A program made the position numbers and the translations under genes. From Armatimonadota bacterium (GTDB lineage Bacteria > Armatimonadota > UBA5829), in contig JBMFPI010000002.1 in NCBI GenBank assembly GCA_049969195.1, positions 1 to 32,308 of the forward strand: a stretch of DNA of 32,308 bases, written 5' to 3'. The notes below the pieces were generated by a model. It had not been told where the DNA came from, did not search any database, and was given only the letters and a program-made list of their open reading frames with translations. Positions 16,346-23,618 of this stretch are shown one piece after another; the first letter of the stretch is position 1; the number at the start of each line of letters is the position of its first letter.

Positions 16346-17383
16346 ATGTTTACCCGCAGGCTTGTTCTTGCACTTGTCCTCGCACTTGCTGTGCTCGCCG
16401 CTTGTTCGTTGCAGGCGGCGGAATCGGCGCGGAGATTCGACTTCCCGAACGTGGGGCCTTATATGGTCCTGCGCGGGGACTTCCATATGCACACGATCAA
16501 CTCCGACGGCAAGCTGACCACGCGCGAGCGCGTAGAGGAGTCGAAAGAGCTCGGCTACGACGCCATCGCCATCACCGATCACGGCACCGTCAGGGCGTAT
16601 CGCGTGGCGAAATACGTCGGCGACCAGCTCGGATTGATCGTAATCCGCGGGCATGAAACGGGTATGAAAGGCAAGGAGCATTACGTAGTGCTCGGAGTCG
16701 ATTCGACATACGTGCCCGTTGACTCGCACCGGTGGGCCGAAGCTAAAGGCGAGGAAACAGCGTTCTACGAGGAACAGATGGAGAATGTTGCGAGGCACGG
16801 CGGGATCATCGTCTGGGCTCATCCACACGTAGAGCTTCGCGAACCGACGCTGTGGGGCACAAGGCAGGGCATACTAGTCGGGGTGGAGCTGAAAAACGAC
16901 GTCGTGGGTAGCGGCTGGAACACCATCGAAAGCCACGGCACCCACTGGTATCCCAACGCCTTCGAGTGGGCAATGGAACACAACTGGGCGGTGCTGGCGT
17001 GCACCGACGTTCATAGCAAACGCAAGAACAACCCGGCAGTCACGCTCCTGTTCGCCACGGAACGCAGTGAAAAAGGCGTCATGGAAGCGATCAGGGCGCG
17101 CAGGACGGTCGCGTGGTTTGACGACATGCTCTGGGGGCGCAAGGATCTGCTTTCTAGGTTGATGGCCTATATGGTGGTGCCGAGCCGGTCACCGGACGGG
17201 AAGCTCACGCTCAAGAACCTCGGCCCGGTGGACCTGGACGGGAGCGTCGAGGGCCCTCAGCAAGAGCACATCGATCTACACCCGTACTCCGAGGTAACCA
17301 TCGATGCTGCCACCGGGCCGGTTGTCGTGCGGTGGGAAAACGTATGGTGCGGGTTGAAGGAGAACGTGACCAGCAAGTACTAG
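16346..17383 (+). CDS. Exported PHP-domain (CehA/McbA-like) metallohydrolase, paralogue 2 (possible lipoprotein)
   Basis: GDFHMHTINSDGKLTTRERVEESKELGYDAIAITDHG is near-identical to paralogue 1. MFTRRLVLALVLALAVLAAC has a lipobox-like LAAC and a TRR motif. The ATG at 16346 has GGGGGA upstream. An alternative GTG at 16283 overlaps the upstream TGA. Confidence 0.9.
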   Translation: MFTRRLVLALVLALAVLAACSLQAAESARRFDFPNVGPYMVLRGDFHMHTINSDGKLTTRERVEESKELGYDAIAITDHGTVRAYRVAKYVGDQLGLIVIRGHETGMKGKEHYVVLGVDSTYVPVDSHRWAEAKGEETAFYEEQMENVARHGGIIVWAHPHVELREPTLWGTRQGILVGVELKNDVVGSGWNTIESHGTHWYPNAFEWAMEHNWAVLACTDVHSKRKNNPAVTLLFATERSEKGVMEAIRARRTVAWFDDMLWGRKDLLSRLMAYMVVPSRSPDGKLTLKNLGPVDLDGSVEGPQQEHIDLHPYSEVTIDAATGPVVVRWENVWCGLKENVTSKY

Positions 17384-17388
17384 GTTGT

Positions 17389-17483
17389 GCTGTTGCGATA
17401 GAACACAAACCCGGCGTTTTCGGCGATTCGACGCTTGTCAACTAAGCCGGAGAATCGCCGAAAACGCGCGTAGCGCGACAGCC
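17389..17483 (+). repeat. Family A intergenic palindromic element (best-preserved copy)
   Basis: Perfect 16-bp inverted arms GCGTTTTCGGCGATTC (17414-17429) and GAATCGCCGAAAACGC (17452-17467). Outer arms CTGTTGCGATAGAAC / GTAGCGCGACAGCC. Begins 6 nt after the PHP stop. Confidence 0.85.
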
Positions 17484-17558
17484 CGGACCTATCCCACGCA
17501 CGAAGTATCGGTGCCGCCGCGCGATCAGAAGGCGCTGGGCAGCCTGACCGGGGAAGCT

Positions 17559-17617
17559 CGTTCGGGATAACGTATCTCGAACGACTGACTCGGATAGGAC
17601 ATCCGGGACGATCCGAG
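17559..17617. other. Two stem-loops between convergent genes (function unknown, possibly termination or stability)
   Basis: An 11-bp stem at 17559-17569 / 17573-17583 (one G-U, loop ACG) and a 7-bp stem CTCGGAT/ATCCGAG at 17589-17595 / 17611-17617. Neither has a U-tract. Confidence 0.4.
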
Positions 17618-17682
17618 CCTGATGGCGTTTACCGCACGACAGCGTCCAAAGGCCTCAACAGGAAATCCCGGACCGTCGACCG

Positions 17683-18756
17683 CTACGATATATCGATCAC
17701 TTTTCCCGTCCTTGCGCTCTCGTGAGCGGCGGCGGCGATCTTCGTGACCTCCAGCCCTTCCTCTCCAGAAGGATACTTGCCTTTGAGGCTCTCGATCGTG
17801 GCGCCGTTCTTGATGGCGCTGACGTTGTGGACAAAATCCTCGATCGACTCGATCCCGTAACCCTGGTAGATCGTGCGGCCCTGTTTGTCGGTGCTGGTTC
17901 TGATGAATCCGTTGTTGTAGGTTCTCATGCCCTCGCCGGCCACACACGAGCGCGAGCCGCGATACTGCGTGTCGATCTCCCACACGCCCTTAGTGCCGAC
18001 AAGCCTGATGTCCTGGTTCACGATCGCCTCGAACTCACGCGGCAGGATCCAGCTCAGGTCGAAACTGACGACCGCGCCGTTTTTGAACTCGACCATCGCG
18101 CTGATGGAGTCGTAGGTGTCCACGCCGTAGTCGTTCTTGAGCGTCTCCTTCCGACCGACGGCAAAAACACGCTTGCCGGTAGTCTTCATAGTCCAACACA
18201 CCAGGTCGAAGAAATGGACGCCCAGGAACCAGCCGGGGCTGGAGGACGGCGCCCAGTGGGGAAACCACTCCACGGGAACCTCGATCCGGTCCTCCATACA
18301 CACCTGCCCGTAGAGGATCTTGCCGAGTTCCCCGGATGAGACCCGGCGCTCCATGGCGATGTGTTCCGGGTCGTACCGCTTGTGAAAATCGACCTGCAGG
18401 AGGACGTTGGCTTTCCTTGCTGCATCGACCATAGCCTGGCAGCCCTCGACGGTTGTGTCGAGCGGTTTCTCGCAGAGCACGTGCTTGCCGGCAGCGCAGG
18501 CTGCTAGCGTGATGGGCTTGTGCAGGTGGTCGGGGGTTACGACCGTGATTGCGTCCAGGTCTTCTTTGGCGAGCATCTCGTTGTAGTCGGAATAAACGGG
18601 GCAGCCGTATGTGGCGCGGACCCACTCCGCGCGTTTTTCGTCGACCTCCGCGACCGCGGCAAGCTGCGCGATGCCTCTGTATGAAAGCTGGGTGAACGTG
18701 TTCAAGTGGTTGACGCCGAATATCCCGGCGCCTACGACTCCGATCTTGACGGGCAT
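17683..18756 (-). CDS. Gfo/Idh/MocA-family NAD(P)-dependent oxidoreductase
   Basis: MPVKIGVVGAGIFGVNH Rossmann start and the EKP motif (VLCEKPL). Length is typical of the family. No signal peptide. The GGAGG SD lies inside the end of the upstream gene. Confidence 0.93.
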   Translation of the reverse strand: MPVKIGVVGAGIFGVNHLNTFTQLSYRGIAQLAAVAEVDEKRAEWVRATYGCPVYSDYNEMLAKEDLDAITVVTPDHLHKPITLAACAAGKHVLCEKPLDTTVEGCQAMVDAARKANVLLQVDFHKRYDPEHIAMERRVSSGELGKILYGQVCMEDRIEVPVEWFPHWAPSSSPGWFLGVHFFDLVCWTMKTTGKRVFAVGRKETLKNDYGVDTYDSISAMVEFKNGAVVSFDLSWILPREFEAIVNQDIRLVGTKGVWEIDTQYRGSRSCVAGEGMRTYNNGFIRTSTDKQGRTIYQGYGIESIEDFVHNVSAIKNGATIESLKGKYPSGEEGLEVTKIAAAAHESARTGKVIDIS

Positions 18757-18760
18757 TGCA

Positions 18761-21361
18761 TTACCTCCAGTTGATCGTGATCTCTACCGATTCGGGCGTG
18801 TTTTCATAGGTGATGAGGACGGTATCTTGATCGAGCTCGCTCCTAACCTCCGCGGGCGTCACCGACTCGATCTCCCTGCCGCCGGAGAAGACCCGCGCGA
18901 CGCCTATGGTCTTGAGCGGCCCGCTGAGCCTGAGCTTCGTCACCGATGCCGTCTCGGATTTCGACTCCACCCGCGACGAGCTATAGAGCAGCTTCGGACA
19001 GCCACCGAGTCGATCCGTCACGTCGTAATAAAGCGCGCACTGTTGCGCGCGGACTACCGGATCCCTGACCACCGGCAGTCTAGGGTCAAGGACGTTGACG
19101 TAACACCCTCTGAGCTTTTTCTCACCCTCGAATGTGCGAACGGCGACATACGGCCCGCGCCGGATGGCCATACGCTGCTGCGTCTTGAAAGTCAGCCCGG
19201 CGCAATCGCACGCGTAAGCGACAAATGCACGCAGCAGATCGGCCGCATCGGAGGAGGACGCGAAGTAGCTCGGCGCGATGCCGAGGTGGATCAGTCTGCC
19301 CCTGCCGAACTTCCGCTCGAACACGACCGACCCCGAGCCGTTCGCAAGCTTGTAGATATAACCATTCTCCGAATCGGAGACGGTCAGAGTCCACTTCCTG
19401 TCTATCTCGATGGACGGGCTGAGCCTCCCCAAAAACGCTGAGCCTCGTGCAAGAGACAGCTTCCGTTTGCTCCGGACCGGCGCAGACGCGGCCTCCACCA
19501 GGAACTGGTTCGCCATATCGACTTCGAGTATCGGTGCGGCGCCCCTGGGCACCTCGAGCCTGTAAACCCAGCAAGCTTGCTGGTCGGCAAATCGTACCTG
19601 GCCGTTGAACTTGCTGTTGGAGTCTTCACAGATGAACTTTTTCTCCTCGGCGGAGCCGGTCCCGAACTCGGCGATCGTCCTGCCGTTAGCTATGAGCCTG
19701 ACTGAATAGACCGCCGGGCCGTAGCCGTCATCGGGAAAAGAATCGCGAAAGCGGACGTAGACTGTGCCGCTCTTCGCGAACGATTTCAGATCGAACCTGT
19801 AGACCTTGCGATTGGAGGCGTCGCGGATGTAGCGTTTCTCGCGCGCAAGCTCGCTGTAGCTCTCTGACCAAGCCATCGAACTTAGACTGTCCTTGACACC
19901 CAGCCGGGAGTAGAGATCGGCCTGGGGGGACGGGAATCCGCGGCGTGTCCACCACTCGTCGAGGGCGTTATACGCGTCAGTGCCGCCGAAGAAGACCAGC
20001 ACCCCGCCTTTCTTGACCCAGTCGGCGATGGCCTGGTTGTACTCCGGCTTCATCGGTTTCATTATATCGTAGGACATCAGAATGACTCTGTACTGGTCCA
20101 GGTAGCCCTTCTCCGGCGCGCGCTCGAGCTGGGCGACCTGGACAGGGACGCCCTTGTACACCAGCGGCAATGTGAGGCCGTAGAAACAATCGTAGTTGCT
20201 CGCGTGCGGTGCGCCGCGCTGCCAGCCCATCGAATCTGCGACAAATGTGGCGATGCCTCGCGTGCCCGTGTCCCAACGGACCTCTCCCCCGGCCCCCCTC
20301 CTACCGGGAGTTAAAGGGGAATAGTTGTGCATGTCTTGAAGCGCATTGATGACGGAGCCGATCTCGATCGCAAACTCACCGGGCACGCGGCCGTATATTC
20401 GCGTGGGCCAGGGCATAACCTCGTAGGCATCGACCTCGGGGAACATGAGAGAAGCGATCAGCGTTTTCTCGTAGTTGGAGTAGTAGTCCTCCATCGACCG
20501 GTCGGGGTTGTCCTCCAGCGGGTCCATCAGAAACCACATCCGCTTCCCAGAGCCTCGCACCAGATTGTAGAGGCTCGAGTACTCCAGGAATGCGTTCTCA
20601 AACGTGCGCTCCGCCAACTGCCCCTCGTAGCGGCACGCAGTCCGGGCCGTGCCGGTCCAGACCTGCCCGATTATCTCCTGCAGGTTTGGTATGGTAGAGC
20701 ACTGATAGTGCGGATAGACGATCCCCCAGGCGTAGTAGCTGACTGCCGAATGGCAGGCAACCATGCGCCGCACATCCGGGCTCTGCTTCTCGGCGGCGTC
20801 CATGATCGCCTTGACCATGTCGTATTCCATCTTTGCCTTCAGCCGCTCGGACTTGTAGCGGGCATCGATGGAGGTCGTCTGGTCCTGCCAGGGTTCTCCG
20901 TGATACTCCCGCCAGGCCTTCTTGAACGAGTCCGAGTATCCGGCAGTCGCGAAAAACTCAGGCTCCTCGGGAATCACAGCTGAGGAGCCGTTGTTTATGG
21001 CACTGGTGAAGTAGTCAATGGCGGCCTTGATCCGCGCCGGCGTCGGCACCATGTAGTATGAGCCTGGCCCACAGGTCAGAAGTGTTCCGTCGGCGGCCGT
21101 CTGGACCTCGTCAGGGTGGTCTTTGACATATTCCGGCCCGGTCCGGAAGCCGTACATTGTCTGCACTATGTAGCCGCGGTCTTTCCAGCTCTGTATGCGA
21201 TCTCTGAGGTCGGAGTACACGATCACCGCGTCCGTGCGGATGTCGTTGTCTGCGCGATATTCCGTCGGGGTTTGGAAGGATGTGTAAGGGATTATCGTCT
21301 TAATATTCCCGGCGGCCGCCGGAACGGCGACCAAGGCCATAAGGGCAATTGCTGCAAGCAC
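18761..21361 (-). CDS. Large (866 aa) secreted protein of unrecognised family
   Basis: GTG start with GGAGGTGA upstream and an in-frame TGA immediately 5' of it. Hydrophobic N-terminus MLAAIALMALVAVPAAAG. Uninterrupted frame with coding-like codon usage. A mid-region VLVFFGGTDAYN segment is reminiscent of GATase1-like or beta-galactosidase-trimerisation folds. No catalytic motif recognised. Confidence 0.88.
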   Translation of the reverse strand: MLAAIALMALVAVPAAAGNIKTIIPYTSFQTPTEYRADNDIRTDAVIVYSDLRDRIQSWKDRGYIVQTMYGFRTGPEYVKDHPDEVQTAADGTLLTCGPGSYYMVPTPARIKAAIDYFTSAINNGSSAVIPEEPEFFATAGYSDSFKKAWREYHGEPWQDQTTSIDARYKSERLKAKMEYDMVKAIMDAAEKQSPDVRRMVACHSAVSYYAWGIVYPHYQCSTIPNLQEIIGQVWTGTARTACRYEGQLAERTFENAFLEYSSLYNLVRGSGKRMWFLMDPLEDNPDRSMEDYYSNYEKTLIASLMFPEVDAYEVMPWPTRIYGRVPGEFAIEIGSVINALQDMHNYSPLTPGRRGAGGEVRWDTGTRGIATFVADSMGWQRGAPHASNYDCFYGLTLPLVYKGVPVQVAQLERAPEKGYLDQYRVILMSYDIMKPMKPEYNQAIADWVKKGGVLVFFGGTDAYNALDEWWTRRGFPSPQADLYSRLGVKDSLSSMAWSESYSELAREKRYIRDASNRKVYRFDLKSFAKSGTVYVRFRDSFPDDGYGPAVYSVRLIANGRTIAEFGTGSAEEKKFICEDSNSKFNGQVRFADQQACWVYRLEVPRGAAPILEVDMANQFLVEAASAPVRSKRKLSLARGSAFLGRLSPSIEIDRKWTLTVSDSENGYIYKLANGSGSVVFERKFGRGRLIHLGIAPSYFASSSDAADLLRAFVAYACDCAGLTFKTQQRMAIRRGPYVAVRTFEGEKKLRGCYVNVLDPRLPVVRDPVVRAQQCALYYDVTDRLGGCPKLLYSSSRVESKSETASVTKLRLSGPLKTIGVARVFSGGREIESVTPAEVRSELDQDTVLITYENTPESVEITINWR

Positions 21362-21427
21362 TCAATGAGTCACCTCCGGTGCATGTTACGACGGAGTCTA
21401 GCGCGATTGCAACCATCGAGTGAACGG

Positions 21428-21543
21428 GGTATCAAGTTCGGTCTCGCAGGCGCAAACGCTCACGACCCCGTTATCCTGAACTTGATCCAGGATCCATCGC
21501 CTCGGCGCCTGGATGCTGAAACAAGTTCAGCACGACGTGATTC
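21428..21543 (+). repeat. Family B inverted-repeat element with 38-nt 5' extension
   Basis: GGTATCAAGTTCGGTCTCGCAGGC...CCCCGTTATCCTGAACTTGATCCAGGATCC...GGATGCTGAAACAAGTTCAGCACGACGTGATTC is colinear over about 115 nt with 28827-28940. Confidence 0.8.
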
Positions 21544-21582
21544 TTGCGGAACGGAACTGTCCCATCGGAGCAGCACATAGAA

Positions 21583-21620
21583 CTCCCTCTCCGCTTGCGG
21601 GAGAGGGTTGGGGTGAGGGG
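21583..21620 (+). repeat. Family C hairpin repeat
   Basis: CTCCCTCTCCGCTTGCGGGAGAGGGTTGGGGTGAGGGG. Confidence 0.7.
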
Positions 21621-21651
21621 TCGGATGCGTGGGGGCTTGGCTTTGTAGCTA

Positions 21652-21674
21652 TCTGATCGTTCGGGGCATGCTGC
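21652..21674 (+). repeat. Family E short repeat
   Basis: TCTGATCGTTCGGGGCATGCTGC, 21 of 23 identical to 10578-10600. Confidence 0.5.
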
Positions 21675-21852
21675 CATGGGCGAGGGGTCCGCGGGCATAA
21701 TGCGCGCGTGTTTCGCTATACTTAGGGAGCGCCTGGGCTCAGGATCCTCTCGTGCAAGACGGGCCCGGGTTCCCGACGGAAGCGATCGATCCGGCGACTG
21801 TTCTACGGGAGCCGAGCGGAGTGTGCCTTTGCCGGCTAATTCAGTCCGAAAA

Positions 21853-21941
21853 CTCCCGCGGCACAAAAGCCCGGCTTTTCGGCGTTCGAGACTCCTCAAC
21901 CAAGTGGGAGAATCGCCGGAAACGCGCCTGTCGCGAGAGCC
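21853..21941 (+). repeat. Family A intergenic palindromic element
   Basis: CCCGGCTTTTCGGCGTTCGAGACTCCTCAACCAAGTGGGAGAATCGCCGGAAACGCGCCTGTCGCGAGAGCC shares the arms, loop and flank of the other copies. Confidence 0.75.
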
Positions 21942-21977
21942 TGCGAACCTGAAAGACGCGCGAATCGTCATAACAAA

Positions 21978-22005
21978 TTGACGGCTGCGCGGACCATGGT
22001 ATAAT
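21978..22005 (+). promoter_or_regulatory. Near-consensus sigma70 promoter with extended -10, upstream of the S41 gene pair
   Basis: TTGACG (21978-21983), a 16-nt spacer ending in TGG, then TATAAT (22000-22005). About 97 nt upstream of the GTG at 22103. Confidence 0.6.
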
Positions 22006-22071
22006 CGAATCAGGCGCCGTCGGGCGGCGCGGGACAACCGGAACGAGTTCCTGGAGTCGTGCAAGTGTTGC

Positions 22072-22102
22072 GCCGGGGCGGTATACTCCGGCAGTTTTTA
22101 TT
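22072..22102 (+). terminator. Intrinsic-terminator-like hairpin plus U-tract in the 5' leader (candidate attenuator)
   Basis: GCCGGGG (22072-22078), loop CGGTATA, CTCCGGC (22086-22092): a 7-bp stem with one G-U. AGTTTTTATT follows and ends at the GTG start codon. The structure is directional, since there is no U-tract on the other strand. Confidence 0.5.
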
Positions 22103-23617
22103 GTGAGAGAGCGGATGAACGCATATCGAAGAATAGGCCTGGGATGTCTGCTGGGGGTGTGCCTTGCTGCCGGGTTCGCAGCCAGGCTGGAAAGTACGGC
22201 GCGCGAGCAAGCGCTTGGGTCAGCACGCCGTTCGCCCGGAAGTACGCCCGGTGTGCTGGTGGCCGCTGCGAGACTGGAAGGCGCCAGCGTCGACCTGAGG
22301 CCCCTCGCCGTGATGCTGACCGTCCTGAAGAGCCTCCGCGAGCACTACGTGGACCAGATAACCCCGGAAGACGAGGGCAGGATGGCTTACGATTCGCTCA
22401 GGGCCATGCTCTCATCGCTGGAGGACCCGAACACGCGGTTTCTCGACCCGGCTCAGCACAAGCTCGCATCGGACGCCGCGGAAGGCGCTTTTCACGGCAT
22501 CGGCGCGGTGCTTTCCATCAAGAAGCTGAAGACCGGAGACTTCACCGAGGAACATCTGGTCGTAGTGACGCCCATCCAGACTGGGCCGGCTGCGAAGGCT
22601 GGGGTTAAGCCCGGGGACGACATCACAGCGGTGAACGGCCGTGACGTGTTGCCGTACAACCCTTACCGGAAGGCCGAGGAGATGGTCAAGAAGAGCCTTA
22701 AGACCCCATCTCAGAAGAGTCAGCTCCGGAAAAGCATAGACGCCGAGGCCCAGAGAGTAAAAAGCGGGATTCCGATCCTTGAAGCCGAGAACCTGCTGAT
22801 GAGCGAGGACGGCAAGGAAGTCGAGCTCTCGATAATCCGAAAGGGCTCACCGAAGCCGGTAAAGGTCAAGATTGACGGGCGATCATTCTCCGTGGCTCCG
22901 GTTACCAGCGAACTGCTCGAGCACGGCAAGCTGGGCTACGTCAGGATCAACTGCTTCACGAATGATGCGCCAGAACAATTCCAGAAAGCACTCCGCGAGT
23001 TGAGATCCGGCGGGGCCGCCGGTCTCGTGCTGGACCTGCGCAACCTGGCGGGCGGCACGATAGACTCTGCTGTCGGGATCGCGAGGCCGCTCATTCCCGG
23101 CGGTGTGCTGGCGGTCGAGCGGAAGTCGCGCGGCAGAAAGTCCACGATCAGGGTGCCGGAATGCAATCCTGAAGACGCTTGGCGCGGGCCGATTGTGGTG
23201 CTCGTCAACTCCGGGACGGCTCGGATAGCCGAGGTTCTCGCGGCTGCGCTCAGGGACGGCGCGTCCGCGAAGCTTGTTGGGGAAAAGACTTATGGGGACT
23301 GCTCGGTGGTGACAATAATCGAGCAGAAGGACGGCTCCGCCATCTCTATGACCACAGGCGTGCTCGTGCCGGTTAAGAGCGCTGACTATCAGGGCAAGGG
23401 GCTCCCAGTAGACGTGAGCGTGCCTTCAACCGGATCCGGCGATGTTCAGCTAAAGGAGGCCGTTAGGGTACTGGCGGCAATGATCTCGTCGGAAAAGCCC
23501 TCCGCCCGCTCAAGCCCCGCCGGAGGGACAAACGGACGAAAGACTGCTGGCGCGGCACAACATCTGCAAGCGGCGGCTGCCCCGGCGTGCCGGCCCGCGG
23601 CACGAGGCAGGAGCTAG
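22103..23617 (+). CDS. S41 (C-terminal processing peptidase) homologue lacking the Ser/Lys catalytic dyad: predicted pseudo-protease with PDZ domain
   Basis: The S41 fold signatures GIGAVLS, PAAKAGVKPGDDITAVNG (PDZ) and LVLDLRNLAGG are retained. The nucleophile motif reads VLVNSGTARIAE instead of VLVDNSSASASE. The base motif reads KTYGDCSV instead of KTFGKGRV. N-terminal signal/anchor. Alternative ATG at 22115. Confidence 0.88.
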   Translation: MRERMNAYRRIGLGCLLGVCLAAGFAARLESTAREQALGSARRSPGSTPGVLVAAARLEGASVDLRPLAVMLTVLKSLREHYVDQITPEDEGRMAYDSLRAMLSSLEDPNTRFLDPAQHKLASDAAEGAFHGIGAVLSIKKLKTGDFTEEHLVVVTPIQTGPAAKAGVKPGDDITAVNGRDVLPYNPYRKAEEMVKKSLKTPSQKSQLRKSIDAEAQRVKSGIPILEAENLLMSEDGKEVELSIIRKGSPKPVKVKIDGRSFSVAPVTSELLEHGKLGYVRINCFTNDAPEQFQKALRELRSGGAAGLVLDLRNLAGGTIDSAVGIARPLIPGGVLAVERKSRGRKSTIRVPECNPEDAWRGPIVVLVNSGTARIAEVLAAALRDGASAKLVGEKTYGDCSVVTIIEQKDGSAISMTTGVLVPVKSADYQGKGLPVDVSVPSTGSGDVQLKEAVRVLAAMISSEKPSARSSPAGGTNGRKTAGAAQHLQAAAAPACRPAARGRS

Positions 23618-23618
23618 T

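Noticed and set aside
21471-22064. 197-aa minus-strand ORF, plus ORFs 21116-21580, 21676-21981, 21752-21952 and 13265-13723
   Set aside because: They run through the B, C, E and A repeats and the S41 promoter. They are Arg/Ser-rich with no start signals. 13265-13723 also overlaps icd out of frame.
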